Shown: positions 47,031-58,892, counted from the stretch's first letter. The stretch: 64,000 bases of DNA from Spirochaetaceae bacterium (GCA_965224705.1 OZ245056.1:736001-800000), one strand, 5' to 3'. Notes: a model not told the origin generated them from the letters alone. Translations and numbers: made by a program.

Positions 47031-48329
47031 GGAAGAATACTTTTCCAGCAGAAAACTCTCCAGATCTTCATCTTTATTGCCCATCACTATGGAATTCTTA
47101 TCTTTGCAGGCAAGGCTGGAGAGGGCCTCAGGCAGTTGGGGTTCTTCACCGACAGCATCCTTAACGGCCTGGACAAATTTCCCTGGATGAGCTGTTGACA
47201 GTATTATGGTATCAATACCGGGATGCTTCTCCCTATAGAGTTCTGCGGCCCGGTATCCTACGGCTGTATGGGGGCAGCAGAGATACCGATGTTCCCTGTA
47301 AACCCGTTTCATAATGCTTTTTGTGGTCTTATCATCGACGGCCCAGGCCTCAACATGGTCTCGAAAGATTTCAACATCACTGCGATAAAGATAATCCAGC
47401 CGCTCGTAATTACTTGGATCACCAACATCCATGGCATTGGAAAGTGTGGGGATTGACGGCCTGGGTAGATAGTTTCCAGTTTGAAGATAGGACGGTATGA
47501 CATCATTGGCATTTGTGGCCGCAATGAAATGCTTAACTGGAAGTCCCCATGACTGTGCATAGAGACCGGCTGTAATGTTACCGAAATTACCGCTTGGCAC
47601 GACGAAGGCAAAGTCACCTTTGCCTCTCATCTGTGTCCATGCCCAGATGTAATAGAAAGACTGAGGTATTAATCGGCCAAGGTTGATGGAATTGGCTGAA
47701 CTCAGAGGCAGGTTTCCCAATTTGGGATTGGTAAAGGCTGCCTTCGTCATCCGCTGACAATCGTCGAAACTCCCATCAATTTCCAGCGCTGTAATATTGC
47801 CTCCCAGAGTGGTTAATTGTTTTTCCTGAAGGAGGCTCACTCTGTTGGAGGGATAGAGGATCACAACATCAATGGATTCCTTATTGTGAAAAGCCTGTGC
47901 GACAGCACTTCCGGTATCTCCACTGGTGGCCGTAAGAATGATGGCCCTCCTGTTCCGATCATCAAGAAGCCGATCCATTGCGGAACCCAGAAACATTGCC
48001 CCGAAGTCTTTGAATGCACAACTGGGTCCATGGAAAAGTTCCAGCATGAATATCGTTTCATCAATCTGCCGAAGAACAGGACCGAAACTGAATGCACCAT
48101 CGATGATATCCTCTGCCGTTCTCCGGTTTATTTCCGGTTCAAGCAGACGGGTAGTCAGTTCTATCGACAGCTCGTTAAATGAAATACTGCTGTCCAATGA
48201 GGCAAAGAACGATGATAACTCCGGTATTTCCTGGAATTGGTACAGGCCTCCATCCGGTGCTAATCCATTGAATATCGCATCTGTGAAACTTCTCGGCTCA
48301 TCTGTATTGCGTGTGCTGATAAAACTCAT
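47019..48329 (-). CDS. thrC: Threonine synthase
   Basis: GLAPDGGL, ELFHGPSCAFKDFG, ATSGDTG, SANSIN, PSGNFGN, TAHPGKF. Confidence 0.96.
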   Translation of the reverse strand: MSFISTRNTDEPRSFTDAIFNGLAPDGGLYQFQEIPELSSFFASLDSSISFNELSIELTTRLLEPEINRRTAEDIIDGAFSFGPVLRQIDETIFMLELFHGPSCAFKDFGAMFLGSAMDRLLDDRNRRAIILTATSGDTGSAVAQAFHNKESIDVVILYPSNRVSLLQEKQLTTLGGNITALEIDGSFDDCQRMTKAAFTNPKLGNLPLSSANSINLGRLIPQSFYYIWAWTQMRGKGDFAFVVPSGNFGNITAGLYAQSWGLPVKHFIAATNANDVIPSYLQTGNYLPRPSIPTLSNAMDVGDPSNYERLDYLYRSDVEIFRDHVEAWAVDDKTTKSIMKRVYREHRYLCCPHTAVGYRAAELYREKHPGIDTIILSTAHPGKFVQAVKDAVGEEPQLPEALSSLACKDKNSIVMGNKDEDLESFLLEKYSSGHL

Positions 48330-48453
48330 TCTTAATCCTGCCGGTTATCATAGCGAAGGTCTTCACCTGGTACAATATGGTATCTTGATGGCAATTGTCC
48401 AGAACAGGAAAACACCCATTGATACATACGGATTGGAATTGTAAGGTCACAGA

Positions 48454-49743
48454 ATGTCCAGATATGTTGTAGAAGGAGGATTCCCTGTCAGCGGGCGAAT
48501 AAAGGCATCCGGTAATAAGAATTCCGCACTTCCCTGCCTTGTCGCGACGCTTCTTACCAATGAAACAGTTTACCTTGAGAACGTTCCGGATATCGAGGAT
48601 ATCAAGGTGATAACTGATGTTTTAAATGACCTTGGAGCCAGAGTGGAGAAACGGAATCCCGGTGAGTGGGAGATCTGTTGTGATACGGTGAACGAAGCCG
48701 TAATCTCTGAAGAAGCGGCTTTGAAACTCCGGGCTTCAATCCTCTTTGCCGGAGCTATGCTCGGTCGCTTTGGCAGCGTTACGCTGCCGCCTCCTGGTGG
48801 AGATGTTATTGGCAGACGGCGTTTAGACACCCATTTTCTTGCATTCAAAGCATTGGGGGCTTCGGTTGAGATGAATGGTCAATTCGTTCTCACGGCGAAT
48901 AAACTGGTGGGTCAGGATGTTTTTCTTGATGAAGCATCGGTTACAGCAACCGAAAATGCTGTTATGGCGGCTGTGCGGGCCGAAGGGGAAACAATAATAC
49001 ATAATGCGGCAAGTGAACCCCATGTTCAGGATCTCTGTCGGCTTCTCAATGCCATGGGCGGGCGAATTACAGGCATCGGATCAAACATCATCAGAATTAA
49101 CGGCGTCAAGGCTCTTGGTGGATGCCGTTTCCGGATTGGCTCGGATTACATGGAAGTTGGTTCACTGATCGGTCTTGCTGCAGCAACAGGAGGAAACATC
49201 GTTATTGAAGACGCTGGACCTGAAAACCTCCGTATGTGCAGGCATGTATTTGGAAAGCTGGGCATCTCATGGAAAACAGATGGTTCAACTGTTATGGTTG
49301 GATCGGACCAGGAGATGAAAGTTGTTCAGGATATGGGCGGCATGATTCCCCGGATAGATGATGCTCCATGGCCGGGATTTCCGCCGGATTTAACAAGCAT
49401 TATTACCGTAGTGGCCACTCAAGTTGAAGGAACAGTCCTTGTTCATGAAAAGATGTTTGAATCAAGAATGTTCTTCGTGGATAAACTCATTGCCATGGGA
49501 GCTGGAATAATTCTCTGTGACCCTCACAGAGCGGTTGTAACAGGCCCAAGACGGCTGCGGGCAGCGGTGCTTACCTCTCCGGATGTTCGTGCAGGTATGG
49601 CCATGCTCATTGCCGCAATGGCCGCAAGGGGTACCAGTATTATCCGAAACGTTTATCAGATTGAACGCGGCTATGAAGACCTTATCACGAGGCTTCGATC
49701 CCTGGGTGCCCGTATTGAACGGATTGAAGAAGATCAGCTGTAA
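48454..49743 (+). CDS. murA: UDP-GlcNAc 1-carboxyvinyltransferase
   Basis: [40 protein letters not shown]. Confidence 0.96.
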   Translation: MSRYVVEGGFPVSGRIKASGNKNSALPCLVATLLTNETVYLENVPDIEDIKVITDVLNDLGARVEKRNPGEWEICCDTVNEAVISEEAALKLRASILFAGAMLGRFGSVTLPPPGGDVIGRRRLDTHFLAFKALGASVEMNGQFVLTANKLVGQDVFLDEASVTATENAVMAAVRAEGETIIHNAASEPHVQDLCRLLNAMGGRITGIGSNIIRINGVKALGGCRFRIGSDYMEVGSLIGLAAATGGNIVIEDAGPENLRMCRHVFGKLGISWKTDGSTVMVGSDQEMKVVQDMGGMIPRIDDAPWPGFPPDLTSIITVVATQVEGTVLVHEKMFESRMFFVDKLIAMGAGIILCDPHRAVVTGPRRLRAAVLTSPDVRAGMAMLIAAMAARGTSIIRNVYQIERGYEDLITRLRSLGARIERIEEDQL

Positions 49744-49752
49744 GAGAAGAGA

Positions 49753-50135
49753 TGTGCACAACTTATCCACAACCAGAGGGTTTAAAGATTGCGGAATACC
49801 CAATCATTTCAATACTCCTGAGAGTTAAGGCGGATTTCCAAATCCGATTCTATTTCTTTGTAATAAAAAGAAATAGATATCAGTTACAGTAAGAGTGTAT
49901 TGTTGATTGATTTCACTGGAAATTCTGAACAGCATCTATTTCCTTGTTATTTCAAGTTTTGTAAGTTTTTCCACAGGTTATTCACAGAATACTGCGGCAA
50001 GGTGCAGCATTCTCAGTCAGCATCCAACTTAGGAATACTTCCAGTCGATTTGTAACACGTTGTCAGAAAAAGAAAAACAACATGGAACAGACATCCGCAG
50101 CTTCAATTTACCCCTGCGGCAGTTTTTTATACACA
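49753..50135. promoter_or_regulatory. DnaA-box cluster, candidate oriC
   Basis: TGTGCACAA 49753, TTATCCACA 49763, TTTTCCACA 49967, TTATTCACA 49978, TTATACACA 50127, with AT-rich tracts in a 520-bp intergenic region. Confidence 0.6.
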
Positions 50136-50266
50136 TTTGAGAACAGCCATTCTCAGCCTTCAGAGTCGTCCCGAAGTAGATGTTTTCTGTAAAAATGCAA
50201 ATAAAAGTGAATTCAACCTGACAAACTTATGATATAATAGCTATAATACACAAAGAAGAGGAATCA

Positions 50267-50884
50267 ATGATGAAAAAAATCTTGTTACTGATTTTCATTA
50301 TGGTCGCCGCTGCGGTTACATTGCCGGCAAAGACTGAATTGCTGAACGTGAGCTATAGCCGCTATACCGGCTGGCTTGGAGTGGATGAGTACAGTTTATC
50401 AAGCATGGGATTGACTGTAGTGGGCATCTATGATAATAACTTCTATTTCCAACTCAATGGCTACTATGGATTGAGTTGGGAAGCATATGGAACTGAATTC
50501 TCATTGATAGAGTATGATTATCTACAAGCTGGAGGAATCAACGTCATTCTGGGCGTTGGCCACGATTTCAATTTTGGACCTATTGGACTCGTTCTTGGCG
50601 GGGGAATCTTTGGTGATTTCAATCTCATACAAATTCAAAATCAGTGGTACTCCTACTACTCCGGCGTCCGCGAAACTGCAAACTATTATTACTTAACAGG
50701 CGGGCTTGGTTTGGGAGCAAATTTCTATATCAAGTTTGGCAATTTCGTTATAAATGCAGGCGTAATGGGGGCCTGGAATCCATTAACATATTCATTCGGC
50801 AATTCTTATTCTGGATCAGAAAGAGCAACCAATCTATACCAGATGCAGCTCAGTGCAGGCCTTGGGATAGGCTGGTCGCGCTGA
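50267..50884 (+). CDS. Secreted hypothetical protein, likely a small outer-membrane beta-barrel
   Basis: Signal peptide; Gly/aromatic alternating strands; C-terminal GLGIGW. Confidence 0.65.
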   Translation: MMKKILLLIFIMVAAAVTLPAKTELLNVSYSRYTGWLGVDEYSLSSMGLTVVGIYDNNFYFQLNGYYGLSWEAYGTEFSLIEYDYLQAGGINVILGVGHDFNFGPIGLVLGGGIFGDFNLIQIQNQWYSYYSGVRETANYYYLTGGLGLGANFYIKFGNFVINAGVMGAWNPLTYSFGNSYSGSERATNLYQMQLSAGLGIGWSR

Positions 50885-50971
50885 TACCTCCTGAAACACA
50901 CCTGCTTGAGGCAGATCCGCCTCATCGACCTCAATCATCTCGAAAATCTACTGACAGCCCATTATTGACCT

Positions 50972-52327
50972 ATGCCTGTATACGTTAACAGATTGTTGAA
51001 TTTCAAAAAGATAAAGGTTGTAGGATTTGATATGGATTACACTCTTGCTGCCTATGATACAGATGATTTTGAAGGACTTGTGCATTCCCTTGCTATCAGG
51101 CGGCTGGTTGAGAAATATGGCTATCCGGAATCTGTCACAAAACTTAAATTTGAAAAGGAATGGGCCATCGTTGGATTGGTTATCGACCGACGTTACGGTA
51201 ATCTCCTCAAACTCAGCCGCTTCGGTAAAGTGAAGTTGGCCTTTCACGGTCTTGAACAAATTGACTATCGGGAGCATCAAGCTCTGTACCGGGAAAGGGT
51301 TATCGATCTCAAGGATCAGGACTTTCAAAGCCTTGACACGGCCTTTGCCATATCTCAGGGCGTTCTGTTTTCACAGATTGTCCAATTGAAAAAGGACGGT
51401 GCAAAACTGCCTGATTTCCGCTGCATTGATGCCGACATAAACCAGTGTATCGATTCTCTTCACAAGGATGGCATTCTCAAGGACATACTCAAGAAGGACT
51501 TTGATAAATATGTTGTCAGTAATCCTGAAACAGCAGCAATGCTCGAAATGCTGAAAGAGTATGGGAAAAAACTCATCATCATTACGAATTCGGATTACCA
51601 CTATACAAACATGCTTCTGGATTACAGCCTCAATCCTTATTGGAAGAAGCATAAAAACTGGCAGGACGTGTTTGACCTGGTTATCACACTGGCAGATAAA
51701 CCCCAATTCTTCAAAGAACACAATCGATTTCTCCGTGTTGACCCGGCAAGTGGTGCCATGTCCAATCACGAAGGTCCCGTTTCAACAGGGATATGGCAGG
51801 GCGGCTGGTTCGGTGATGTTCAGGAGGGTCTGGGTGTAGAGGGTAATGAAATACTCTATCTTGGCGACCATATCTATGGCGATGTGGTGTCCATAAAAAA
51901 ACGCTGCGACTGGCGCACCGGTCTCATTCTGGGAGGCATGGAAAAGGAGATTGAAGCCAACCGGTCAACACAGAAACTCCAGGCGGAAATTGACAGGCTT
52001 ATGAGTAAAAAATCCCTTCTGGAAAAAGAATCGGATAGAGCTGAGATGAAACGCCGCTCTGGGCGAAAGGCCCCCGTATCTCCAGACCATGGGGAAGAAC
52101 TGGACAGGCTGAACAATCAGATTTCCAGGCTGCTTGACGAACTTAAGAAGCATTATAATCCCTGGTGGGGAGAAATTTTCCGGGCTGGAAGTGAAGAGAG
52201 CCGATATGCCGATCAAGTTGAAAACTATGCCTGCATCTACATGACAAAAGTATCCGACATGGGGGAATACTCTCCTCGAACCTATTTCCGGCCGCGCCGC
52301 CGCCTGCTGGCTCACGAAGTCATTTAA
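50972..52327 (+). CDS. HAD-IG family 5'-nucleotidase (cN-II-like)
   Basis: GFDMDYTL, ITNS, KP, GDHIYGDV, WRT, YACIY. Confidence 0.92.
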   Translation: MPVYVNRLLNFKKIKVVGFDMDYTLAAYDTDDFEGLVHSLAIRRLVEKYGYPESVTKLKFEKEWAIVGLVIDRRYGNLLKLSRFGKVKLAFHGLEQIDYREHQALYRERVIDLKDQDFQSLDTAFAISQGVLFSQIVQLKKDGAKLPDFRCIDADINQCIDSLHKDGILKDILKKDFDKYVVSNPETAAMLEMLKEYGKKLIIITNSDYHYTNMLLDYSLNPYWKKHKNWQDVFDLVITLADKPQFFKEHNRFLRVDPASGAMSNHEGPVSTGIWQGGWFGDVQEGLGVEGNEILYLGDHIYGDVVSIKKRCDWRTGLILGGMEKEIEANRSTQKLQAEIDRLMSKKSLLEKESDRAEMKRRSGRKAPVSPDHGEELDRLNNQISRLLDELKKHYNPWWGEIFRAGSEESRYADQVENYACIYMTKVSDMGEYSPRTYFRPRRRLLAHEVI

Positions 52328-52343
52328 AACTGGTTCTATTTCC

Positions 52344-54164
52344 CTATTTGGGCCATAGTTTCACATTGATGGTTAACAGGTGACGGAACATTTCTGAACC
52401 GGCGACTGCGGTGAAGTTGTTCTTGTTGCCATAGTGAGAGTCATACTCATACACAAAATTGTATTGTAGTGATAACTGGACAGGAGCAAACAATCCCCGC
52501 AGGTCCACTGAGCCGCCAAGAGAAAAAATGTGAAACCACTCATAGGTGCCGTCTTTAAGGAAATTTTTGGTGCCGGATGGATAATACGCACCATTGGGAT
52601 CACCGTCCGGACCGCCAACAGCATCATATCCCCAGGCGTCATAGGTACTCCCGTTGACATCCGAACCGCCATGGCGAATCAGCCGGTATGAGAAACCGGC
52701 TGTCCAGGCAGGGGATGGCTGTATATGAAAGGCTATAAGAAATTCATCTGAATTGGGTTCAAGGTATGAACCGAGATTTTCGCCATGATTCTGATAGCCT
52801 GTTTCCATTTCCAGGGTGGGATCATCCGGATCTGAGTAATACCATGGTGTTCCGCCGGTAGCATAGTGTGTGTATGTAAATGGTTCAATTTTTGTATACT
52901 GAAAGGTGAATAGAGACCAGATTCCCATAGGAACAGCGACCTTGATTCCTGCCTGAACAGCCATCTGATTTCGCAGATCGGACAACTGGAAGCCTGGCTT
53001 CCATTCATCAACCAGAACAGTTCCGTAAGTCCGAAAAATTCCCGGCCAGCTTAACGCTATTGTACCACCAAAAACAACATTGTCAAAATCCCCCACATTC
53101 CCCTGTGTGAGAAGTCTGGACATGAAAGGAAACATGTATCCCAATTCAAAGCGTCTCAGGTATACAATGCCATCGTAGAGACTTATGTACAACCACCGGG
53201 CTGGCCTGATTTCCAATTGAAAGAGACTCAGCATATTCTGCTGGACTTTTGATACTTCCCTGGGACCCACCGTATAGTTATCACCACCCTCAACCGATGG
53301 ATATTTATTTGATACAAAGGGGCTGTTCCGAAAACTTGGAGCAGATTCCAAACTGCCAAACAGAAACGTCATGCTTAACCATTTCCAGGGAGAAACAGTT
53401 CCCTCCAGCCCCATGAATGGACGAGCTTGCTTATCAAGGAAAAGATTTCCTTCTCCCAATCCCCAGTCCCGCCGCATTCGGCCAAATCTAAAGCCTACTC
53501 GATTCTCCCATGCCGATAAGACCAGTTCGGTATGCATTGCCCATCCCATGGACAATTTTCCCGGCATGAGATATTGAGGCGATGGGTCCGACAAATGTCG
53601 GACACTTCCATCCCAATTCTTGGAATAAGTATACGGTGCCCAGGCATAGGGGTAGGGAGCATTATCATCAATGTGGATCCTGTTTAATTGGAACTGCAGG
53701 TCAAATCCATAGGAAAGATATTTGCCCATATCACCACTGAAAATACCTTTAACACTGTTTTGAATACCAAACTGACTTGTATCATTAACATCAACGTTTG
53801 ATTGGTGTTCGGCATAAAACTGCCAGTTCAATGGAAATACATCATGCTCAATTCGAAGATCCCCATCCTTAAGAAAAGGTTCCTCTTTGTCTTTGCCAAA
53901 ACGATCCACGTAATCATCCAGCACTGATTTTTGTCCAGCCGAGAATTCATCTCTGAAGTCTCCTAATTGCTGAAGTGCTCTCTTTATCCGGGATCGGGGC
54001 AGAGGCCTTGCCGCTGGGAGAGGGTCAATCATTCCTGATATCTCAGCAATTTCAAGCAGCCTGTAAAGGCTTTCTTCTTCCATTGGAATAGAGTTATGTG
54101 TCTGCGCATTTATACTGACAGCAAAAAGATATGTCAATAACAGGATCAGAATAGTGTTTTTCAT
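52344..54164 (-). CDS. Outer-membrane protein, capsule-assembly Wzi-like
   Basis: Signal peptide; [37 protein letters not shown]. Confidence 0.55.
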   Translation of the reverse strand: MKNTILILLLTYLFAVSINAQTHNSIPMEEESLYRLLEIAEISGMIDPLPAARPLPRSRIKRALQQLGDFRDEFSAGQKSVLDDYVDRFGKDKEEPFLKDGDLRIEHDVFPLNWQFYAEHQSNVDVNDTSQFGIQNSVKGIFSGDMGKYLSYGFDLQFQLNRIHIDDNAPYPYAWAPYTYSKNWDGSVRHLSDPSPQYLMPGKLSMGWAMHTELVLSAWENRVGFRFGRMRRDWGLGEGNLFLDKQARPFMGLEGTVSPWKWLSMTFLFGSLESAPSFRNSPFVSNKYPSVEGGDNYTVGPREVSKVQQNMLSLFQLEIRPARWLYISLYDGIVYLRRFELGYMFPFMSRLLTQGNVGDFDNVVFGGTIALSWPGIFRTYGTVLVDEWKPGFQLSDLRNQMAVQAGIKVAVPMGIWSLFTFQYTKIEPFTYTHYATGGTPWYYSDPDDPTLEMETGYQNHGENLGSYLEPNSDEFLIAFHIQPSPAWTAGFSYRLIRHGGSDVNGSTYDAWGYDAVGGPDGDPNGAYYPSGTKNFLKDGTYEWFHIFSLGGSVDLRGLFAPVQLSLQYNFVYEYDSHYGNKNNFTAVAGSEMFRHLLTINVKLWPK

Positions 54165-54253
54165 TGTTTACATCCTTTAATACTATAGAAATGTTATCAT
54201 TTTTATTCAAGAGATCTTCCCGTTCAGCCCGCTTAGACGCTACCATATCTCCC

Positions 54254-56779
54254 ATGAGCAGCTATCCATTTAAAGATATAGAACCCAGATGGCAAAAATA
54301 CTGGGACACGAACAAAACCTTCAAGGTAACAGAAGACGCATCTATTCCCAAAGATAAGCGATGCTACGTTCTGGATATGTTCCCCTACCCATCTGGAGCA
54401 GGATTGCATGTAGGGCATCCTGAAGGATATACCGCTACAGACATTTACTGCCGTTATCTGCGAATGAAGGGATTCAATGTGCTTCATCCCATGGGATATG
54501 ATTCCTTTGGACTTCCTGCCGAAAACTATGCAATTAGAACTGGAACTCCTCCCCAGAGTTCCACCGAAAACAATATCAGGCATTTTACACAGCAGATCAA
54601 GAGTCTGGGCTTCAGTTATGACTGGGACAGGGAAGTTCAAACCCATACTCAGGAATACTATCGGTGGACTCAGTGGATATTTCTTCAACTGTATAAAAAG
54701 GGATTGGCGTATGAAAGTGATATGCCCATCAACTGGTGTTCCAGCTGCAAAACAGGCCTTGCCAATGAAGAAGTGAAGGATGGTAAATGTGAACGCTGCA
54801 GCAGTACTGTTGAACGGCGCAGGATCCGGCAGTGGGTTTTAAAGATTACATCGTATGCAGAAGAACTGCTCAACGATCTTGATGATCTTGATTGGCCGGA
54901 ATCAATAAAATCCATGCAGCGCAACTGGATCGGCCGATCTGAAGGAGCCAATGTTACATTCCTGCTTGCAGGAAAAGCAGCAGACCAGGGACAGCTTGAC
55001 GTCTATACCACACGGCCGGATACCCTTTTCGGAGCAACTTACATGGTATTGGCACCGGAACACCCCCTGGTGAGAAAGATTTGTACCGCCGATCAGAAAA
55101 GTTCCGTTGAATCCTACATTGAGAAGGCAAATCGCAAGAGTGACCTGGAACGCACCGATCTAGCCAGAGAAAAAACCGGTGTGTTTACCGGAGCCTTCGC
55201 CGTGAATCCTGTCAATGGCTTGAATATCCCTATCTGGATTTCTGATTACATTCTTATTTCCTATGGAACCGGGGCCATTATGGCTGTTCCAGGACATGAT
55301 CAAAGGGATTGGGAGTTTGCCAGAGAGTTCAATCTTCCCATTATCGAGGTACTCCAGGGGGGAGATATAACAAAAGAGGCCTTTGTCGGGGACGGACCCC
55401 ATATCAATTCTGACTACCTGAACGGCATGGGTAAAGAGGAAGCCATTGATACAATTATTGAGAGACTTGAAGAAGACGGGAAGGGGTTTCGTACAATTAA
55501 TTACAAACTCAGGGATTGGATCTTCAGCCGACAGCGATACTGGGGCGAACCCATTCCCCTTATTCATTGTCCTGACGATGGCATTGTACCCGTCCCCGAA
55601 GATGAACTTCCTCTCAGACTGCCTGAAGTGAAAAAATATGAACCTTCCGGTACGGGAGAGAGTCCCCTGGCAACGATCGATGAGTGGGTGAACTGTCTTT
55701 GTCCGGTATGCGGCGGAGCGGCAAAACGGGAAACCAATACGATGCCCCAATGGGCTGGTTCCTGCTGGTACTATCTCCGTTACATTGATCCGCACAACGA
55801 GAAAAACTTTGTTGATCCGGATAAGGAAAAGTACTGGATGCCTGTTGACCTTTATGTTGGGGGTGCGGAACATGCGGTGCTCCACCTGCTCTATGCCCGA
55901 TTCTGGCATAAGGTTCTTCATGAATTGGGATTTGTCTCGACATCGGAACCATTCCAGCGTCTCATCAATCAAGGAATGATCACCTCCTTTGCCTACATGC
56001 GCAAGGATAAGACCCTGCTTCCTCTGGATGAAGTAACCATCAATGGTGGTTCATACACGGAGACGTCTACGGGGGAAGTCTTACAACAGGTTGTCGCCAA
56101 GATGTCCAAGACGTTGAAAAATGTAATCAATCCCGATGACATTATCAGTCGATTTGGGGCCGATTCCATGAGGATGTACGAAATGTTTATGGGCCCTCTG
56201 GAAGTATCCATGCCCTGGCAGACTCAAGGCCTGGTCGGTATTCATCGTTTTCTTAACAGAGTGTGGGATGTGGCCACCCGACCCATGACTGATGACGAAC
56301 TGTCTTTGTCACAAACGAAAATCCTGAACAAAACCCTGAAGAAAGTTGGAACAGATACAGCTTCGCTTAACTTCAACACCGCCATTGCCCAGATGATGAT
56401 CTTCATCAATGAGATTTACAGCGAAAAAACCTGCCGGAGAAAGCTGTGGGAACCCTTTGTTCTCATACTTGCTCCGTATGCCCCCCACCTTGGTGAGGAG
56501 ATGTGGCGTATGCTCGGTCATAAAAACACTCTGGCGCACGAGAACTATCCGAACTGGGATGAATCCTGCACTGTTGATGATGAGAAAGAAGTGGTACTCC
56601 AGGTTAACGGCAGGGTGAGATCCCGAATCGTTGCGGCTGCGGGAACATCCGGGACCGAATTGGAGAAACTTGCAGCGGCCGATGAAAAAATCAAAGTCTG
56701 GCTGTCAGGTAAAAATGTGGTTAAAACAGTCACTGTTCCTGACCGTCTGGTTAACTTCGTGGTTAAGAATTCCTGGTGA
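54254..56779 (+). CDS. leuS: Leucyl-tRNA synthetase
   Basis: MFPYPSG..LHVGH, TTRPDT editing domain, KMSKT; start at MSSYPF. Confidence 0.97.
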   Translation: MSSYPFKDIEPRWQKYWDTNKTFKVTEDASIPKDKRCYVLDMFPYPSGAGLHVGHPEGYTATDIYCRYLRMKGFNVLHPMGYDSFGLPAENYAIRTGTPPQSSTENNIRHFTQQIKSLGFSYDWDREVQTHTQEYYRWTQWIFLQLYKKGLAYESDMPINWCSSCKTGLANEEVKDGKCERCSSTVERRRIRQWVLKITSYAEELLNDLDDLDWPESIKSMQRNWIGRSEGANVTFLLAGKAADQGQLDVYTTRPDTLFGATYMVLAPEHPLVRKICTADQKSSVESYIEKANRKSDLERTDLAREKTGVFTGAFAVNPVNGLNIPIWISDYILISYGTGAIMAVPGHDQRDWEFAREFNLPIIEVLQGGDITKEAFVGDGPHINSDYLNGMGKEEAIDTIIERLEEDGKGFRTINYKLRDWIFSRQRYWGEPIPLIHCPDDGIVPVPEDELPLRLPEVKKYEPSGTGESPLATIDEWVNCLCPVCGGAAKRETNTMPQWAGSCWYYLRYIDPHNEKNFVDPDKEKYWMPVDLYVGGAEHAVLHLLYARFWHKVLHELGFVSTSEPFQRLINQGMITSFAYMRKDKTLLPLDEVTINGGSYTETSTGEVLQQVVAKMSKTLKNVINPDDIISRFGADSMRMYEMFMGPLEVSMPWQTQGLVGIHRFLNRVWDVATRPMTDDELSLSQTKILNKTLKKVGTDTASLNFNTAIAQMMIFINEIYSEKTCRRKLWEPFVLILAPYAPHLGEEMWRMLGHKNTLAHENYPNWDESCTVDDEKEVVLQVNGRVRSRIVAAAGTSGTELEKLAAADEKIKVWLSGKNVVKTVTVPDRLVNFVVKNSW

Positions 56780-56804
56780 CAGAAAGCTTGTTGTAACCTG
56801 GTTT
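56776..56804. repeat. Solo end of the gtgtcagaaagcttgtt MITE family
   Basis: 26/29 identical to 2561-2589; overlaps the leuS stop codon. Confidence 0.65.
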
Positions 56805-56826
56805 ATCGATTTTGTTTTCAGGCTGA

Positions 56827-57897
56827 ATGAAAATGGCTGAAGTATTCCCTTCCATCCGTGATATTCGCCTCCTTCTCAAATGGTTTGACGGCTATGGCAC
56901 GAACTATCCCTGGTCAGCGGAAACAGGCACGGCACCAGACCCCTATGCCGTATGGATTTCCGAAGTCATGCTGCAGCAGACGACTGTTGCGGCTGTCCTG
57001 CCGCGGTACAAGCGGTGGATGGATCGATTCCCTGCAATTGAGACTCTTGCTCAAGCTTCGAGAGATGAAGTCTTTCGGGAATGGGAGGGATTGGGGTATT
57101 ACTCAAGGGCTGGAAATCTCCATTCAGCCGCCCGGGAAATCAAACAGAAGTATGGCAGCCGAATACCTGAATCGGTATCAGAACTCAGAGAACTGCCGGG
57201 AATAGGCGAATACATTGCATCGGCAGTAGCATCTTTTGCCTTTGGCAAAAAGATCCTCACGATAGAGGCCAATGGACGCCGCATCGTTCAGAGATTGACG
57301 GCCTCGGAAAAATGGGATCGAAACCTGGAACGGATATTTCGGAATGCAGCCGAGCAGAACATGCCGAACCATCATTCTGGTAAATTCAATGCCTCTCTGA
57401 TGCAATTTGGTCAAAAAGTATGCCTGCCGGGAAAACCAAAATGCGACCAATGCCCTTTCGCCCAGCGCTGTGAAGCGAACTCGCTGAATCTACAGGAAGC
57501 AATTCCAGTACGGCACCGACCGACAAGAATCAATAAAACCACGAATCTGGCCCTTGCCATGCAGGGCGGGGAGGTCTGGATAAGGATCCGTTCATCGGGT
57601 ATTGCCGCCGGTCTCTGGGGCTTCCCTGAAACGGCAGAACTGTCCCGGCCGGAAGAGTGGGTCCCCGCAGAATGCCTGAGCACACAGATTCATTCATATA
57701 CACGATACAGAGATAAACTGCAGCCGACGATTTACCTTAAGAATCCGAATTCAAACTGTGGAGAAGCAACGCCGCCGACTCCAGCAGGACAATGGATCAA
57801 TGTTAAAGATTTAGATGACTTTGGAATGCCCACCGCACATCGATCCATTGCCAGGAACTTGTCCTTATATCTGAAATCAACAATAATAGACCCATGA
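56827..57897 (+). CDS. mutY: A/G-specific adenine glycosylase
   Basis: WISEVMLQQT, WEGLGYYSRA, HhH LPGIG, Fe-S motif C-x6-C-x2-C-x5-C. Confidence 0.92.
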   Translation: MKMAEVFPSIRDIRLLLKWFDGYGTNYPWSAETGTAPDPYAVWISEVMLQQTTVAAVLPRYKRWMDRFPAIETLAQASRDEVFREWEGLGYYSRAGNLHSAAREIKQKYGSRIPESVSELRELPGIGEYIASAVASFAFGKKILTIEANGRRIVQRLTASEKWDRNLERIFRNAAEQNMPNHHSGKFNASLMQFGQKVCLPGKPKCDQCPFAQRCEANSLNLQEAIPVRHRPTRINKTTNLALAMQGGEVWIRIRSSGIAAGLWGFPETAELSRPEEWVPAECLSTQIHSYTRYRDKLQPTIYLKNPNSNCGEATPPTPAGQWINVKDLDDFGMPTAHRSIARNLSLYLKSTIIDP

Positions 57898-58892
57898 GAA
57901 TAAAAAAGATGTTTCTCGCATTGTTTTCGATATCGCTGGTACTCGCTTCATGTGCTTCGATAAAAAAATCAGCCATTCGCTCTGTAGCGGATATGCTGTC
58001 CTCCAGCGAAGGAGGCAGTGCCTTTACATCGGATGATGATCCGCAGCTTATAGCAGAGTCCCTCCCCCTGGCCTTGAAGCTGTATGAGATTCTTCTGGCT
58101 TATGATCCGGAGAATGCCGATCTGGCGGCTGCAGCAGGTCGAAACTTCACCATGTACTCTGGAGCCTTCGTACAGATGCCGGCAGATATGCTGGATGATG
58201 AGCAGTGGAACGAAGCAGATATCGCCCGTAAACGGGCAAAAAAACTCTTCCGCCGGGGCCGTGACTACCTTCTGCAGGCATTGGAGATGAATCATGATGG
58301 CTTCATGGATTCACTGGATAGTGGTGAATACGATAGTGCCATCATGAAGCTTGAACAGACAGATGCATCGACAGCGTTCTGGGCTGGATTGGCCTGGCTG
58401 GGCATGGCCAGTACCGACCCCTTTGACCTGGAACTCGCAACAACTCTTGACAGGGCCATCCTGCTTCTGTACAGGTCTCTGGAGCTGGAAGAAGCCAATC
58501 CCGGGCTTCATGATGCCATGATACAGGTTCAGATGGCATTGCCATCCGCCATGATATCCGCCATGAGGGAGAGAAGTCCATCTGCTGCTGTCTTCATGGA
58601 TGAGTATTACAGAAGCAATGGTGTCAGCGAAGAGCCCCTGAAACGGGCTTTTTTCCATTATTACAGAGCTCTTTCCCTGTACGAGGATACAAGTCCCTCC
58701 CCTCACATAACAATGGCCACTGCTGTAACGATTAAAGAGCAGGATGCTGAAGGCTTCAGAGATTACTTAGCCAAAGCCCTGACTATTGATCCTGAGGCCA
58801 GCCCTGACACACGGCTGATGACTATTCTTTACCAGGAGAAAGCCCGGTGGCTTCTGGATAATATTGAAAGTTTTTTCCTGGTAGATTTCTAA
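57894..58892 (+). CDS. tatT: TatT lipoprotein component of a TPAT TRAP transporter
   Basis: Lipobox LASC; FTSDDDPQL..SLP.ALKLYE, AFVQ.PA; adjacent dctP and dctQM. Confidence 0.85.
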   Translation: MRIKKMFLALFSISLVLASCASIKKSAIRSVADMLSSSEGGSAFTSDDDPQLIAESLPLALKLYEILLAYDPENADLAAAAGRNFTMYSGAFVQMPADMLDDEQWNEADIARKRAKKLFRRGRDYLLQALEMNHDGFMDSLDSGEYDSAIMKLEQTDASTAFWAGLAWLGMASTDPFDLELATTLDRAILLLYRSLELEEANPGLHDAMIQVQMALPSAMISAMRERSPSAAVFMDEYYRSNGVSEEPLKRAFFHYYRALSLYEDTSPSPHITMATAVTIKEQDAEGFRDYLAKALTIDPEASPDTRLMTILYQEKARWLLDNIESFFLVDF

